64,000 nt of DNA, taken from positions 80,330,528 through 80,394,527 of the forward strand of contig NC_057711.1 in assembly GCF_004010195.1 (NCBI RefSeq), given 5' to 3'. Made by a program: the position numbers and the translations under genes. Position 1 is the stretch's first letter; the number at the start of each line of letters is the position of its first letter. Positions 1 to 12,332 of the stretch are shown piece by piece. Below the pieces are notes generated by a model. That model was not told where the DNA came from. It worked only from the letters and a program-made list of their open reading frames with translations, and did no database searches. This DNA comes from Chiloscyllium plagiosum. Lineage: Eukaryota.

Positions 1-49
1 GTTACTCAGCTATACCATAATCTCTGATATTCTCCCTTTGTTCTTACAG

Positions 50-160
50 GATAAGGCGTTCTGTAATAAAGGGAGCAGACCAAAATTGATAGAGTCCAAG
101 GATGTGGACACTCCATTATCGCAATGGAGGAAATAATTCTCAACATCATGGGACCAACTG
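50..160 (+). pseudogene. Possible decayed second exon of a Harbinger accessory Myb/SANT-like gene
   Basis: Acceptor ctttgttcttacag, then DKAFCNK/REQTKID...AMEEIILNIMG across a frameshift. Loosely resembles the EK.AHN.RER.KTGGG...EE..L..MG segment of these proteins. Weak. Confidence 0.3.
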
Positions 161-1475
161 AGAGTCAGAGCCCACAACATCCATTAAAATACAAAAAAAC
201 TATTCAACAAAAGTAGAATAACAAGGTGGTCTGGAGAGATTCCTGGAGAGATTTATGAAGATGGTGGTCGTGACCCTTAGGCCTATAGCTGTATCACAGC
301 CTTCTGATCTCCTGCTTTCAGAAATCCAAGAACAGTAGTCTATCTGGCCACAACAGACCCAGAACAAAAGGCAGAGAGCACCCGCACAGCAATGAAGAGG
401 AGGCCACATGACTTGATCTGACAGTTGCAGCCATCAGCTCAGATGCCGACACTGCACTTACCATGAAAGCAAGCATGGAGTGACATCTGTATTTGTCGAG
501 ACACTGGGTACAAGTGGCTAGCGACCAGGTAGAGGGTAAAGGAAGGCTTGTTTGCTCGTTCACAGCAGTGTGATGTTACAGTGAATTCTATAGCATGGAA
601 TTCAGATGAGGATTTTGATGGTAGAATATATAAGAGAATATTAATGGATATGCAGATCACGATGCTGGTTGTATTCGTTGAACTTGGCAGATTACTTACT
701 GTCAATGAAAAGAAAGCCTTCATACAGATTTTGCCTTCTCCACAACATCTGTTCCATCTCCAAAGCAAGTTTCAAATCCCCTCCTTATTGCAGCCTTTCT
801 GTGGATTGGTTAGTAAGGCTATTGTACTCACTGAGAGAGTAGCAACACTACAATAAATCCAGGAACTTACTACAACTCCTCTAAAAACTCAGCAGACATT
901 ATTCAAAGTTAGCCTTTAAGGTTAATGCTGTGCCCCTGTTAGAGTTGGTGCCTATTCTTTGGCAATAGACATGTGAATATGTTGTGTGGATCTTTATGGT
1001 TCAAACTTGGAAGCTGCATCCCAATAGCCAGTGGAGCATTTTACCTGTTGCCTTTGTACTCTTGTGAGACCACATGAGCATCTATTTTGAATATGTGTCA
1101 TCAGTTAAATGTGGCAGTAGATGGACGGCATCTTTATAAAACCCCTGACTAAAATATCTAATTTATTTAAAATGTTTTAGACGCTTCTGCAATTGCTAAA
1201 TAATAATATAACTTAGGAATAAAATAAGCTTTAAAAAATTCAACTCTTTGCACAGCTCATGCAGGAAGCAATTGGAGATATAGGGGATCACATGACACGT
1301 TTGGTTTTCATAGCACAGACTTAAGCGAGCAAAGGCTCAACATTTCATGCTCAATTTTCCTTTGGAATGATAGAATTTTTATCTATACTTCTCATCCACA
1401 AAGTTGTCTTTCAAAGAATTACAAAGAATTTAGACACATAAACGAACCTTTTGTTCAAAGCAGTTCACTTCGATT

Positions 1476-2141
1476 CAAAGTTTGTGAGAATATTTGTAGC
1501 TCAGGTGCTCATTGTTGTGGTTCTGTTCGCCGAGCTGGGAATTTGTGTTGCAGACGTTTCGTCCCCTGTCTAGGTGACATCCTCAGTGCTTGGGAGCCTC
1601 CTATGAAGCACTTCTGTGATGTTTCCTCCGGCATTTATAGTGGCCTGTCCCTGCCGCTTCCGGTTGTCAGTTTCAGCAGTCCGCTGTAGTGGCCGGTATA
1701 TTGGGTCCAGGTCGATGTGCTTATTGATTGAATCTGTGGATGAGTGCCATGCCTCTTTTTGGCTTGTCCTATAATAGTAGTGTTGTCCCAGTCGAATTCA
1801 TGTTGCTTGTCACACACGCAGATGACAAGCAACATGAATTCAACTGGGACAACACTACTATTATAGGACAAGCCAAACAGAGAACAGCCAGGGAATTCCT
1901 AGAGGCATGGTACTCATCCACAGATTCAATCAATAAGCACATCAACCTGGACCCAACATACCGGCCACAGCAGCGGACAGCTGGAACTGACAACCGGAAG
2001 CAGCAGATTCAAACCACTATAAATGCCGGAGGAAAATCACAGAAGCGCTTCACAGGAGGCTCCCAAGGACTGAGGATGTCACCTAGACAGGGGACAAAAC
2101 GTCTGCAACACAAATTCCCAGCTTGGCGAACAGAACCATAA
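1476..2141. mobile_element. Penelope-like element (family 1), fold-back copy with inverted arms ~1512-1811 and ~1824-2141
   Basis: Right arm encodes the GIY-YIG C-terminus (HEFNWDNTTIIGQAKQRTAREFLEAWYS..SINKHINLDPTY). Left arm is its reverse complement plus a ~35-nt unpaired tail. TSD cagttcactt(c/t)gatt at 1461-1475 and 2142-2156. Confidence 0.92.
1550..1589 (-). ncRNA. Minimal type-I hammerhead ribozyme motif, core intact
   Basis: Reverse complement reads gca-CTGAGGA-t-gtcacct agac aggggac-GAAA-CGTC-tgc. Stem I gca/tgc, stem II hairpin, palindromic ACGT stem III, GUC cleavage triplet. The mirror copy at 2067-2106 has GAAA changed to AAAA. Confidence 0.8.
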
Positions 2142-2371
2142 CAGTTCACTTTGATTTTAATTCTCCATATGATCTACTGGCTGTCATACTGATGCAGTTA
2201 CAATAATCCATGTTTCTCTGTTCCAACACTGCTTTTGCAACTTTCTCTTAATCCTCCTATCTAACATTTTGTTAAAAGTTGATATGGTTCCTCCTTAAAA
2301 TCATCTCTCAGTAACATATCCTTCAAAGTTCTATAAAATCAATAGACTTTGGAATGGGTCCTATGATTGAA

Positions 2372-3782
2372 GGGCAGCTAATGTAATGCCACTATTTGAA
2401 AACAGAGAGGAAAAGAGGACACTGGGTATTATAGACATCAGTTATAGCGAAAATGCTAGAGTCCATTATTAGAGATTTAAAAACAGAGCACTGCTTTTAA
2501 AAATAGAAACAGGATTGAACTAAGCCAATATAGATTTACCAAACAGTAATCATGCTTAACAAATCTATTGGATTTTTTTGAAGATGTAGCTGGTAGAGTT
2601 GGTTGGAGGGACACATAGATGGGACTTAGTTGGTCATTCAGAAAGCTTTTGATAAAGCCCTACATAAGAGATTAGCATGTAAAATTAAAGTACATGAGAT
2701 TGGAAGTAGTATACTGGCACGGATAGAGAACTGACTGACAAACAGGAAACAAAGAATTGGAAAAACAGTTTTTTTTTTCTGGGAAATAGGCACTAGTTAG
2801 TGGGGTATCACAAAGATTAGTGATTGGATACAACTGTTCACAATATGTACTAATAAATTAGATAACACAGCTAAATGCAATATCTCCATGTTGACACAAA
2901 GCTGGATGGGAGGATAAAATGTGGGGGTCATGCAGAGATTCTTCAGTGTGATTTAGACAATTTGAGTGAATGGGCAAATTCATGGCAGATGAAGTATAAT
3001 GTGCATAAAAATGAGGCTATCTACTTTGGTAGCAAAAACAGGGGAGCAAATTATTATTTGAATTGCAATAGTTTGGCCCAGCAGAAGGTGCAATAAGACC
3101 TTGTACACCAGTCACTGAAAGTAAGCATTTGATGCAGCAGTCAGTCAAGTAGGCAAGTGGTATGTTGGCCTTCACAGTGAGATGATTGGAGCACAGGAAC
3201 AGAGATGTCTCACAGTAATTGTACAGGGTTTTGGTGAGACTAAGACTGCAGTTTCGGTCTCCTTATCTGAGGAAGGATATTCTGACCATGGAAAGGAGTT
3301 CAATGAAGGTTTACCACACTAATTCTTGGGATAGCAGTACATACATATGAATTGGATTGGTTAGAACTATAATTCACTGGAGTTAAGAAGAATGAAGGGG
3401 AAGTCTCATAGAAACTTTTAAAATTCTAACAGGCCTAGACAGCATAAGTGCAGGAAGGATGTTCCCAATGACAGGACAGTCCAGAACCAGAAGTCACAGT
3501 TTAAGGATATGGGGTAGGTAATTTAAGACTATGATGATGAGAAATTTCTTCACCCAGAGAGTGGTGAGCCTGTGGAATTCTCAGCTACAGAGAGTGGTAG
3601 AAGCCAAAGCATTGAATGTTTTGAAGGAGTCAGATATAGTTCTTAGGTCTAAATGGATTAAAAGGTATGGGGAGAAAGTAGTTACAGGATACTGAGTTCC
3701 TGTTCAGTCATGATCATATTGAATAGTGAAGCAGGGACAGGGGGCCAAATTATATACTCATACTCCTATATTCTATGTTTTC
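2372..3782 (+). mobile_element. Decayed CR1 LINE (RT region to 3' UTR)
   Basis: Remnants of ANV.PLF, F.KAFDK, LQCDLDNLSEWANSWQMKYNV and FFTQRVVSLWNS. Ends in a ttctatgttt tail. Confidence 0.9.
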
Positions 3783-4433
3783 ATGTATCCCACAGTTTAT
3801 AAACCTATATTCCTGTATCAATGTCCCCTCATAATAGACATTTCAACCATTGTTTGATTCTCTCTGGCTCATTCTGTTTCTTCAAAACTTTCAATGTCGC
3901 TATCAACTCCCCATATACACTTTTCTATTCGAATTCCACTTTCATGCTTTCCTTTGTGTATTGTTTTTCTCATTTAAAACAGTATCCGATGTATGCCTGC
4001 CACGTTATATAAAAACATTACCTTTAAGCTTTTTATTTAAACAGAAAATTACGACAAATTGATTTGTCCTTTTGAGAAGTGGATAGAGCTGCTTGTGATG
4101 TTATCATTCCTCTGAACACTAACAACCTACTGGAAAGGAGGGGTAATGTTGCCTTCTCATAATTATGCAATTTTCTCACTTTTTAGTCATCTTTTGGAGA
4201 AAGGATGTTGACATCCTAAAGGATACGCACTGCCCCAATCTGTGGTAATTAGCTGGCAAGAAAGTCAGATGGTCTCATAATAACTACAGATGATCACTGA
4301 AATTCTAGGTGGGGAACGCTTGTAATTCATTTGACCAATTATAGTGTAAGTGAATCAACTTTTGTAATGGACTGAATGACATTTATATATGTACAACACC
4401 TAAATCCCAAGTAAAGGATATTCTTGCCCACAT

Positions 4434-4860
4434 ATAGAGGCATAGAGATGTACAGCACAAAAACAGACTCTTCGGTCCAACTTGACCATGCCAACCAGAT
4501 ATCCCAACCCAATCTAGTTCCCCTGCCAGCATCCGGTCCACATCCCTCCAAACCCTTCCTATTCATATACCCAATCAGATGCCTTTTAAATGTTGCAATT
4601 GTACCAGCCTCCACCACTTCTTCTGGCAGCTCATTCCATACACGTACCTCCCTCTGTGTGAAAAAGTTGCCCCTTAAACCTCTTTTATATCTTTCCCCTC
4701 TCACTCTAAACACATGCCCTATAGTTCTGGACTCCCCCACTCCAGGGAAAAGACCTTCTCTCATTACCCTATCCATGCCTCTCATGATTTTATAAACCTC
4801 TATAAGGTCACCCTCAGCCTCCAATGCTCCAAGGAAAACAGCCACAGCCTATTCCACCTC
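4434..4860 (-). mobile_element. Young CR1/HER1-type LINE 3' fragment
   Basis: ORF 4339-4845: GDLIEVYKIMRGMDR...NFFTQREVRVWNELPEEVVEA. Nearly the same sequence as 24243-24820. Confidence 0.95.
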
Positions 4861-5742
4861 TGTGTGTGAAAACATTATAGGTCAACCTCATAAATCAATT
4901 TCAACATAAATACAGTTGGTCCAAAATAAAATGCTTATTTTGAATTTTGGTGTGTTTCAATTTTTATGACATCTAACTTTGAATCTATCTTTTGTGTTAG
5001 TTTTTCCTGCCAGTTCATGTAACAATATCCTGCCCTTTCTGAGTCTTGTGGTTACACAGTTCTGTAGTGTTCAATGCTTTATTAAATCCTTGCAATATGT
5101 TCAATATATCTCATTCTATTATTATAATATCATAGTTATTAGCTTTGTGTGATCATTTACATCATTTAATTTTTTTGTTATATCAATCAAGCAAGCCTTA
5201 CATAAATTTTTGACCTTTTTTTTGAAAGAAATGCATTAATTTATTAATTGGCCCCAATATTCTGTGGGCATTAGTCTGGTGTGGCACAACAACTTCAGCA
5301 GTAAAGTTCATCCCCCAAGGACATTAAGAACAACAATTTCAGAACTCTGCTGTTTCTGGCAGTTTTTAGGTTGCCTTATAAAAGGTTTCTGCCTGCCCCT
5401 TATATGGAAAATGATGGTTGGGTAGTCAGAGTCAGGAGTAGGAATTCTGAGACGGGCTAGTTCTCATTGTTGAGACTTATCGGGACCTGATTGAGCAATA
5501 ACCTGGGAGAAATAGGTCATCCTCATATTTACAGGCTGCCTCGTAGGTCCCATTTCTAAGTCTAGAATTAGCAAGATGTCTGACCTCGCTAAAGGTCAGT
5601 GTTTTTTTTTGAGATGTACTTTCTCGCTTAGCTTTCTTTCCCTGTGCTCCAGGTGAGTTTCAGGAGATCAGTTGGGTACACAGTATACTGATGTATGGTG
5701 CAAATGGATGCCTATAAAACTCCCCAATGGAGGCATTTCTCA

Positions 5743-8700
5743 AAATCACAGAATCACAAATCATTATGGGGCAGAGGGAGTCCATTTGGCGCATCATGAC
5801 TGCACCGTCATTCTGAACAGTATGACTTATTGTCAAACTTCTAACATTTTCCCATAACCATGTGTTTCAACTTTATTTAAATAATCATTCAGTACCCCAA
5901 TGCTCAATACTGAATGCCTCGATTGAACCTGCCTCCACTGGAATCAGCTATTACGAGGGGGCATAGCTTTAAATTAAGGGGTGGTAGGTATAGGACAGAT
6001 GTTAGGGGTAGATTCTTTACTCAGCAAGTCGTGAGTTCATGGAATGCCCTGCCAGTAGCAGTGGTGGACTCTCCCTCTTTATGGGCATTTAAACGGGCAT
6101 TGGATAGGCATATGGAGGATAGTGGGCTAGTGTAGGTTAGGTGGGCTTGGATCAGCACAACATCGAGGGCCAAAGGGCCTGTACTGCGCTGTATTTTTCT
6201 ATGTTCTATGTTCTATGGACTTCTAAACAGTATATTCCATACTATAAATGTCCGCTGTGTGAAAAAGTTCTTTCCCACTTCACATTAGTTTCGTTTGTAA
6301 AATTATTTAAAACACTGCCCTTTAGTTCCTGATCCATTTTCAAGCAGGAACAGTTTCTCCCTATACATTTTGTCCAGATGGCTCATGATTTTGAAAACCT
6401 CTATCAAACCTTCCTTTTGCCTTCTCTTCTCCAAGGGAAATAATCCCAGCTTCTCCAATCTTTCCTCACAAATGAAGTTACTCACCCCATTTGCACTTTT
6501 CTACACTCGCTACAACACCTTCTTATCTTCCTAAAATGTGATGCCTAAAACTGGCCAGAAAACTTCAGCTAAGATCTACCAAGTTCTCTATACGCATTCA
6601 GAATGACATTCCTGCCCCTGTATTTTATGCCGCAATTCATGACGTGTAGAATATTGTATGCTTTACTACATCACTCTCTACCTGTCCTGCCACCTATGAT
6701 GACTATTGCATAAATATGGACAGGTTTCTCTGCTCCTATGTACATTTTAGAATAGTAGCCTTTATTTTGCATCATCTCTGCTTGCTTTTTGTACTGAAAT
6801 GTTTCACCCCACATTTCATCTCATTGAACGTCATCTGCCAACTACCTACTCACTCCATTAACTTGTCAATGTCTTTTTGAAGTGCTGCAGAGTCCTCCTC
6901 ACAGTTAGCAATCCTTCCAAGTTTTTTGTTGTCTGCATACTTTGAGATTGTTCCCTGCGCATCAAGTTCTGAATCATTTACTTTCATCAGGAAAAGCAAG
7001 AGTCCGAATAGCGAACACAATCACAAACTACAAACTTTCTTCCAGGCCAAAAATATACCCATTAAACATTATTCTGTGTTTCCAGTCCCTCAGAAACTTT
7101 TGTTTGTCATGTTGCTGCTGTCCTTTTCATTCCATCACTTCCATCGCAAGTCTGTTATGTGACATGGTAACAAATGTCTATCGGACATCTTTGTACACCA
7201 CTTCAACCCAGCCTTGCCCTCAACAACTCTTTCTTTTGCCTCTTCAAAGTAGCCTAACAAATTAGCGAGACACAATTTTTTCCTTTCGTTGTTGCAAAAC
7301 ATTTCCCCACCGCTAAAGTTAATGAATGGTCTGTCATCACTGGGCCTATCTTTACATGTTTTTGAATTCAGGTGTAATGTTTACAATTCTCAAAACCTCT
7401 GAATCTAGAGAAGATTGAAAGATGATTGGCAATGCCTCTGCAATTTCCACTCTCATTTCCTTCTGTATCATTGGATGCATCTCATCCAGTTCCTGTGCTG
7501 TACTGACATCTTATCTAAAATTTCCTTAACAATTTTAAACCCTTCTGGTAACTGAGTGTCCTCCTCTGTCAGCATGGCCTGGGCAGCATATACCTAATAA
7601 ACAAAGACAAATGATGAGTATTAATTTAACACTTCAGCCATGCCTATAGCCTCCATGTCAATCCCCGTCTTGGACCCCCATCTTCACTCCTCCTTTTATG
7701 ACCCTTTTATGACCTGTTGATGTTCACATTGAAGATGTTGCGAATTCCCTTCATGTTAGCATCCAGTCTTTTATTTGTATGATCCTTATTTGCTTTCACT
7801 GTGGGCATTTTTACCTTCTTTCTGAATCTTCTGCACTCAGCATGGTCCTCTTTTTTATTAACTCCCTGATACCTGCCTTCAACATACATATGCTTCATTA
7901 ACTTAGTTTCTATCTCCTTTGTCATCAGGAGAGCTCTTGATTTTTTTCATCCTATCTTTTCATTTTGAGAGAGTATCCCATTGACTGAATAATCTCCTTT
8001 ATGGAGATGGCTCATTATTGAACTCCTGTTTCTCCCACCAGTCTTGGTTCCAGTCTATCCAGCCCCATTCTGTTCTTGCCTCATTGAAGTTGACTCTCTG
8101 TCTGTTGGTTATTCTTACGCTGGATTGATCAATGTTATTTTCAATTGTCATCCTAAATCTTAACAGACATTGTTTACCATCGCTCAAATGTTCCATACTG
8201 CACTTAATCAACATGACCTACCTCATTCCCAGTTAACCAAGCTTAGAAGGAGCAGCTGTTCTTGTTGGACTGGACAAATACTGCTGTGAGAAATTTTCTT
8301 AAACACAATCTCGAAACAATTCCACAACAATGTCCCTTATCCTGCCACTATCCCAATCCCTATATGAGTAATTAAAGTCATTTACTATCATTACTCAGTG
8401 ATGTTTACATCCCTCTATAATTTCCTCACAGATTTGAGCCTCTGCATCTTTCCCACTGGTTGGTGGCCTATATATTACATGAAGAAATGTAGCTGCACTC
8501 TTCTAATGCTAAGCTATAGCCAAATCAATTCTTTCCTTGAACTCTCTGAAACATCCTCTATCTCCAAAACTGTGATACTCTCCTTAAACAAATGCAGCAA
8601 CACTACTTACGTTATTCCTGTTTCATCTTTTGAACATTTTCCAATGAGAGCTATTTAACTCCCAGACCTGCCCTCCTTTGGGGTATGTCTGTGCTAACAT

Positions 8701-9320
8701 TACTATATTATAACCCCTTATAGCAACCTATGCCTGAAGCACCCTGATCTTATTAATTATACTCCATGTATTTGCATGCATGTAATGTGATCCTGCTTTA
8801 GACTTCATTACTTTCTCCTATGTTTCGACTCGACATACTAACTTACTTTTCTCTATTTTAGTACTATCTACCTCTCTCAGCATTTCTTCTACTCTGGTAT
8901 TACCTCTTAACATTACTTTCTGTCACCCGCAACCTGTTGAATTAGTTTAAGACTTCCCAACAATACTACAAAAATATCCTTCAAAGAACTCTGCCCCAGC
9001 TCTGTTCAGATGCAATCTGTCCATCTTGTACAGGGTGCCACTTCCCCAGAGACAGTCCCAGTGTCCCAGGAGTCTAAAGGCCTCCATCCTACGCCATTGT
9101 TCCATATATTCATTGTGTTATCTTCCTATTTCTGTACACTTGCATATGACACGAGAAGAAATCAGAAATTACTGCTTCAGAGGTCTTGTTTGTTAATTAT
9201 CGACTTAACTCGCTAAATTCTGATTGCAGAAGTACATGTTCCTTCCCATCTATGTCTTTAGTGCTAACATGGACCATGACATCCTGCCGTTTGCCTTATC
9301 TCAGAAGCATGCCCCACAGT
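5743..9320 (-). mobile_element. Long decayed CR1 LINE (ORF1 esterase remnant, ORF2 and 3' end), interrupted at 5941-6217
   Basis: ERLEKLGLFPLEKRR..GLIEVFKIM (6303-6485). ORF1 esterase-like AFRLLGHWDCLWGSGTLYKMDRLHLNRAG at ~8990-9082 on the minus strand. aatcac-type tail near 5745. Confidence 0.85.
5941..6217 (+). mobile_element. CR1 3' end nested in opposite orientation inside the older CR1
   Basis: TRGHSFKLRGGRYRTDVRGRFFTQQVVSSWNALP. (ttctatg)3 tail. Confidence 0.92.
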
Positions 9321-10019
9321 CATAGGGCGGGAGGGAAGTGTATGTCAAGAAAAACAATAACTGAGATCATCACAGGTAATATTTCAACATTTTTTTCATT
9401 ATTACACATAGAACAGTAAGAAGCTATTTTTGGAAAAAAGTGCTGAAGTAGGTACTGTTTCATGGTTAGGATAAATTTAGCATTCTGGCAAATAAGTGTG
9501 GCCTCTCCTCTTTTCCCTTATGGTGCCTTAGGGAGTTTTCCGTGTTTAATGCAAGTCGTGCTTGCTGTTCCTCCTGCTGCTTTTTTCCGATTTAATTGTG
9601 TGGTAAATTTTTTTTTGATTCAGAACAATTTGTCCATTATTGGCAGTGACATCAGTAACTGCAGGCTGTTATCCAGGATTCTGCAAAGTGTGTGTGCCAT
9701 CTGATAAGTTATTCACTTGTATTGTTGTTTTGGCTGCGAACTGTACTCTGACTTCAGGACAATGTTTCCTTCTGTCGAGACTATTGACTAACTCTCAAGA
9801 CCTCTTAATTATTTGTCTGCTGTGATTTACATCCCAGCCAGTTTTATTTTGAAGGCATTTCCTTTATTCATCTTGTAAAAGTCAAATATTTTTCTGAGTT
9901 GGGTAATTTATTGATTGCGTGAACTATGATACAATTCCCACATGTATAGAATTTGTTTCAATATGCATTATTCCCTGGATGAGCATGTTCAACAGATGAT
10001 TTTAGAATGCTTCACAGGA

Positions 10020-10335
10020 GGGCGGCACAGCGGCACAGTGGTTAGCACTGCTGCCTCACAGTGCCAGAGACCCAGGTTCAATTCCCGCCTCAGGCGACTC
10101 TCTGTGTGGAGTTTGCACGTTCTCTCAGTGTCTGCGTGGGTTTCCTCCGGGTGCTTCGATTTCCTCCCACAGTCCAAAAAAAATGTGCAGGTTAGGTGAA
10201 TTGGCCAAGTTAAATTGCCCGTAGTGTTAGATGAAGGGGTAAATGTAGGGGAATGGGTCTGGGTGGGTTGTGCTTCGGCGGGTCAGTGTGGACTTGTTGG
10301 GCCGAAGGGCCTGTTTCCACACTGTAAGTAATCTA
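10020..10335 (+). mobile_element. Full-length tRNA-derived V-SINE (HE1-like)
   Basis: A-box-like ggcacagtggttagc, B-box ggttcaattccc, V-domain gtggagtttgcacgttctc...gggtttcctccgggtgc, and CR1-like 3' end gggccgaagggcctgtttccacactgta. Confidence 0.92.
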
Positions 10336-10864
10336 GAGACAGGTACTTTACTACTGCTACTTTTCACCAGCGAGCTGCCCTTTCTGTATTATAGATTTTT
10401 TCATATTCTTCCTGAAGTACCTGGGAAGAGAAAGTTATACAGAAAACTGTACAATTGTTCAAAACTAAAAGATAACCATATCCATTCTACAGTTGCCTGA
10501 ATCTGCAGGATGCCTAACCATGAGCAAGGCCAAATATTCTGAGGCTCATAGTTCCTTTGGTTTTATGCTTGATATTCTCCTTAAGTTCACTATTGCATGC
10601 TCTCCCCTATCAAATGAAGTCTTTGTATTCCCAACATACAGTCTTAGAGTCATAGAGGTCTACAGCATAGAAAAAGACAATTCAGCCCATCGCATTTCGC
10701 CAGTTAAAATAAACCCACCTATTTATTCTAATCCCATTTTCCAGCACTTGACCCAAGTCTTGTATGCCTTGGCATCGCAAGTACACATCAAATATGTCTT
10801 AAATATTATCAGAGTTTTTGCATCTACCATCCTCAGGCAGTGATTTCCAGATTCCTGCACCGTC

Positions 10865-11950
10865 ACATAGAACATAGAACTTAGAACTTAGAACATAGTA
10901 TGTAACTGCACAATACAGACCCTTCAGCCTACGATGTTTTGCCAAACATTTATCTTAATCCAAGATCAACCTAACCTACACACCCTCAATTTACTGCTGT
11001 CCATGTGCTTGTCCAGCAGTCGCTTAAATGCCTTTAATGCCTGTGACTCTACGATCACCACAGTGCATTCCACGCACTTACCAATCTTTGTGTAAAGAAC
11101 CTACCTCTGATATCTCCCCTATACTTTCATCCAATCACCTTTAAAATCATGACACCTTGTAGACAGCCATTTCTGCCTGGGGAAAAGTATTTGGCTATCT
11201 ACTTTATCTAGGCCTCTCATTACCTTACACCTCTATCAAGTCACCTCTCTTCCTTTTTCTCTTCAGTGTGAAAAGCCTGAGCTCACTCAACCTCTCTTCA
11301 AAAGACAAGTCATCCAATCAAGGCTGCATCCTGGTAAATCTCCTCTGCACCCTCTCTAAAGCATTTATATCCTTCCAATAATGAGGCAACCAGAACTGGA
11401 CACAATATTCTAAGTGTGGTCCAACCAGGGTTTTATACAGCTGCATCAAAACTCAAAGCTCTTTAACCTAATCCCCTTGTTAATGAAAGCCAAATCACCA
11501 TATGGCTTCTTAATAACCCCATCAACTTGGGTGGCAACTTTGAGGGATCTATGTATGTGACCCCAAGATTCTGCTGTTCCTTCACACTGCCAAGAATTAT
11601 GTCTTTAACCCTGTACTCAGCATTCAAATTCAACCTTCCAAAATGTATTACTTCGCATTTATCCAGGTTGAACTCTATCTGCCACTTTTCAGCCCAGCTC
11701 TGCATCCTGTCAATGTCTCGTTGTAGCCTGCAACAGCCCTTGACACTATCTACAACACTACTGACCTTTGTGTCATTGGCAAACTTACTAACCTACCCTT
11801 CCACTTCTTCATCCAAGTCAAATATAAAACCTACAAAGAGCAGAGGCCCAATAACAGATCCCTGCGGGACACCACTGGTCACCGATCTCCAGGCGGAATA
11901 CTTCCCGTCCACTACCATTCGCTGTTTTCTTTCAGCCAGCCGATTCTATA
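10865..11950 (-). mobile_element. CR1 LINE (RT C-terminus to tail) nested in another CR1
   Basis: (catagaa/cttagaa)n tail. MQSWAEKWQIEFNLDKCEVIHFG and [14 protein letters not shown] motifs on the minus strand. Confidence 0.92.
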
Positions 11951-12128
11951 TCTTGATGAAAAAAAATTTGCTCAATCAACCCCCTGCTCCTTACCTTAAA
12001 TCAATGGCCCAGTCATTGCTCCATCCAGTGAGGGGAAAAGTTTCTTCCCATTGACTCCGTCTACTTCCCTCAAATTTTATACGTCTCAATTGCGATCCCG
12101 TCAGCCTCCTCTTCTCCAGAGAAAACAA

Positions 12129-12332
12129 GGAGAAAGTGATCACTGAAGATGCTTGAGATCAAAGTCAAGAGTGTGGTGCTGAAAAAGCACAGCAGGTCAG
12201 GCAGCATCCGAGGAGCAGGAGAGTCGATGTTTCGGGCAAAAGCCTGATGAAGGGCTTTTGCCTGAAAGGTCGATTCTCCTACTCCTCGGATGCTACCTGA
12301 CCTGCTGTGCTTTTCCAGCATCACACTCTCAA
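12129..12332. mobile_element. Miniature Penelope-like fold-back (family 2) with hammerhead motif at 12244-12271 (+)
   Basis: ~80-nt inverted arms and a ~33-nt tail ggagaaagtg...gagatc. Motif CTGATGA-a-gggc tttt gcct-GAAA-ggtc. Imperfect TSD ctccagagaaaacaa/ctccagaagaaacaa. Confidence 0.8.

Noticed and set aside
11527..12054. 175-aa plus-strand ORF
   Set aside because: Antisense shadow of the CR1 RT on the minus strand.
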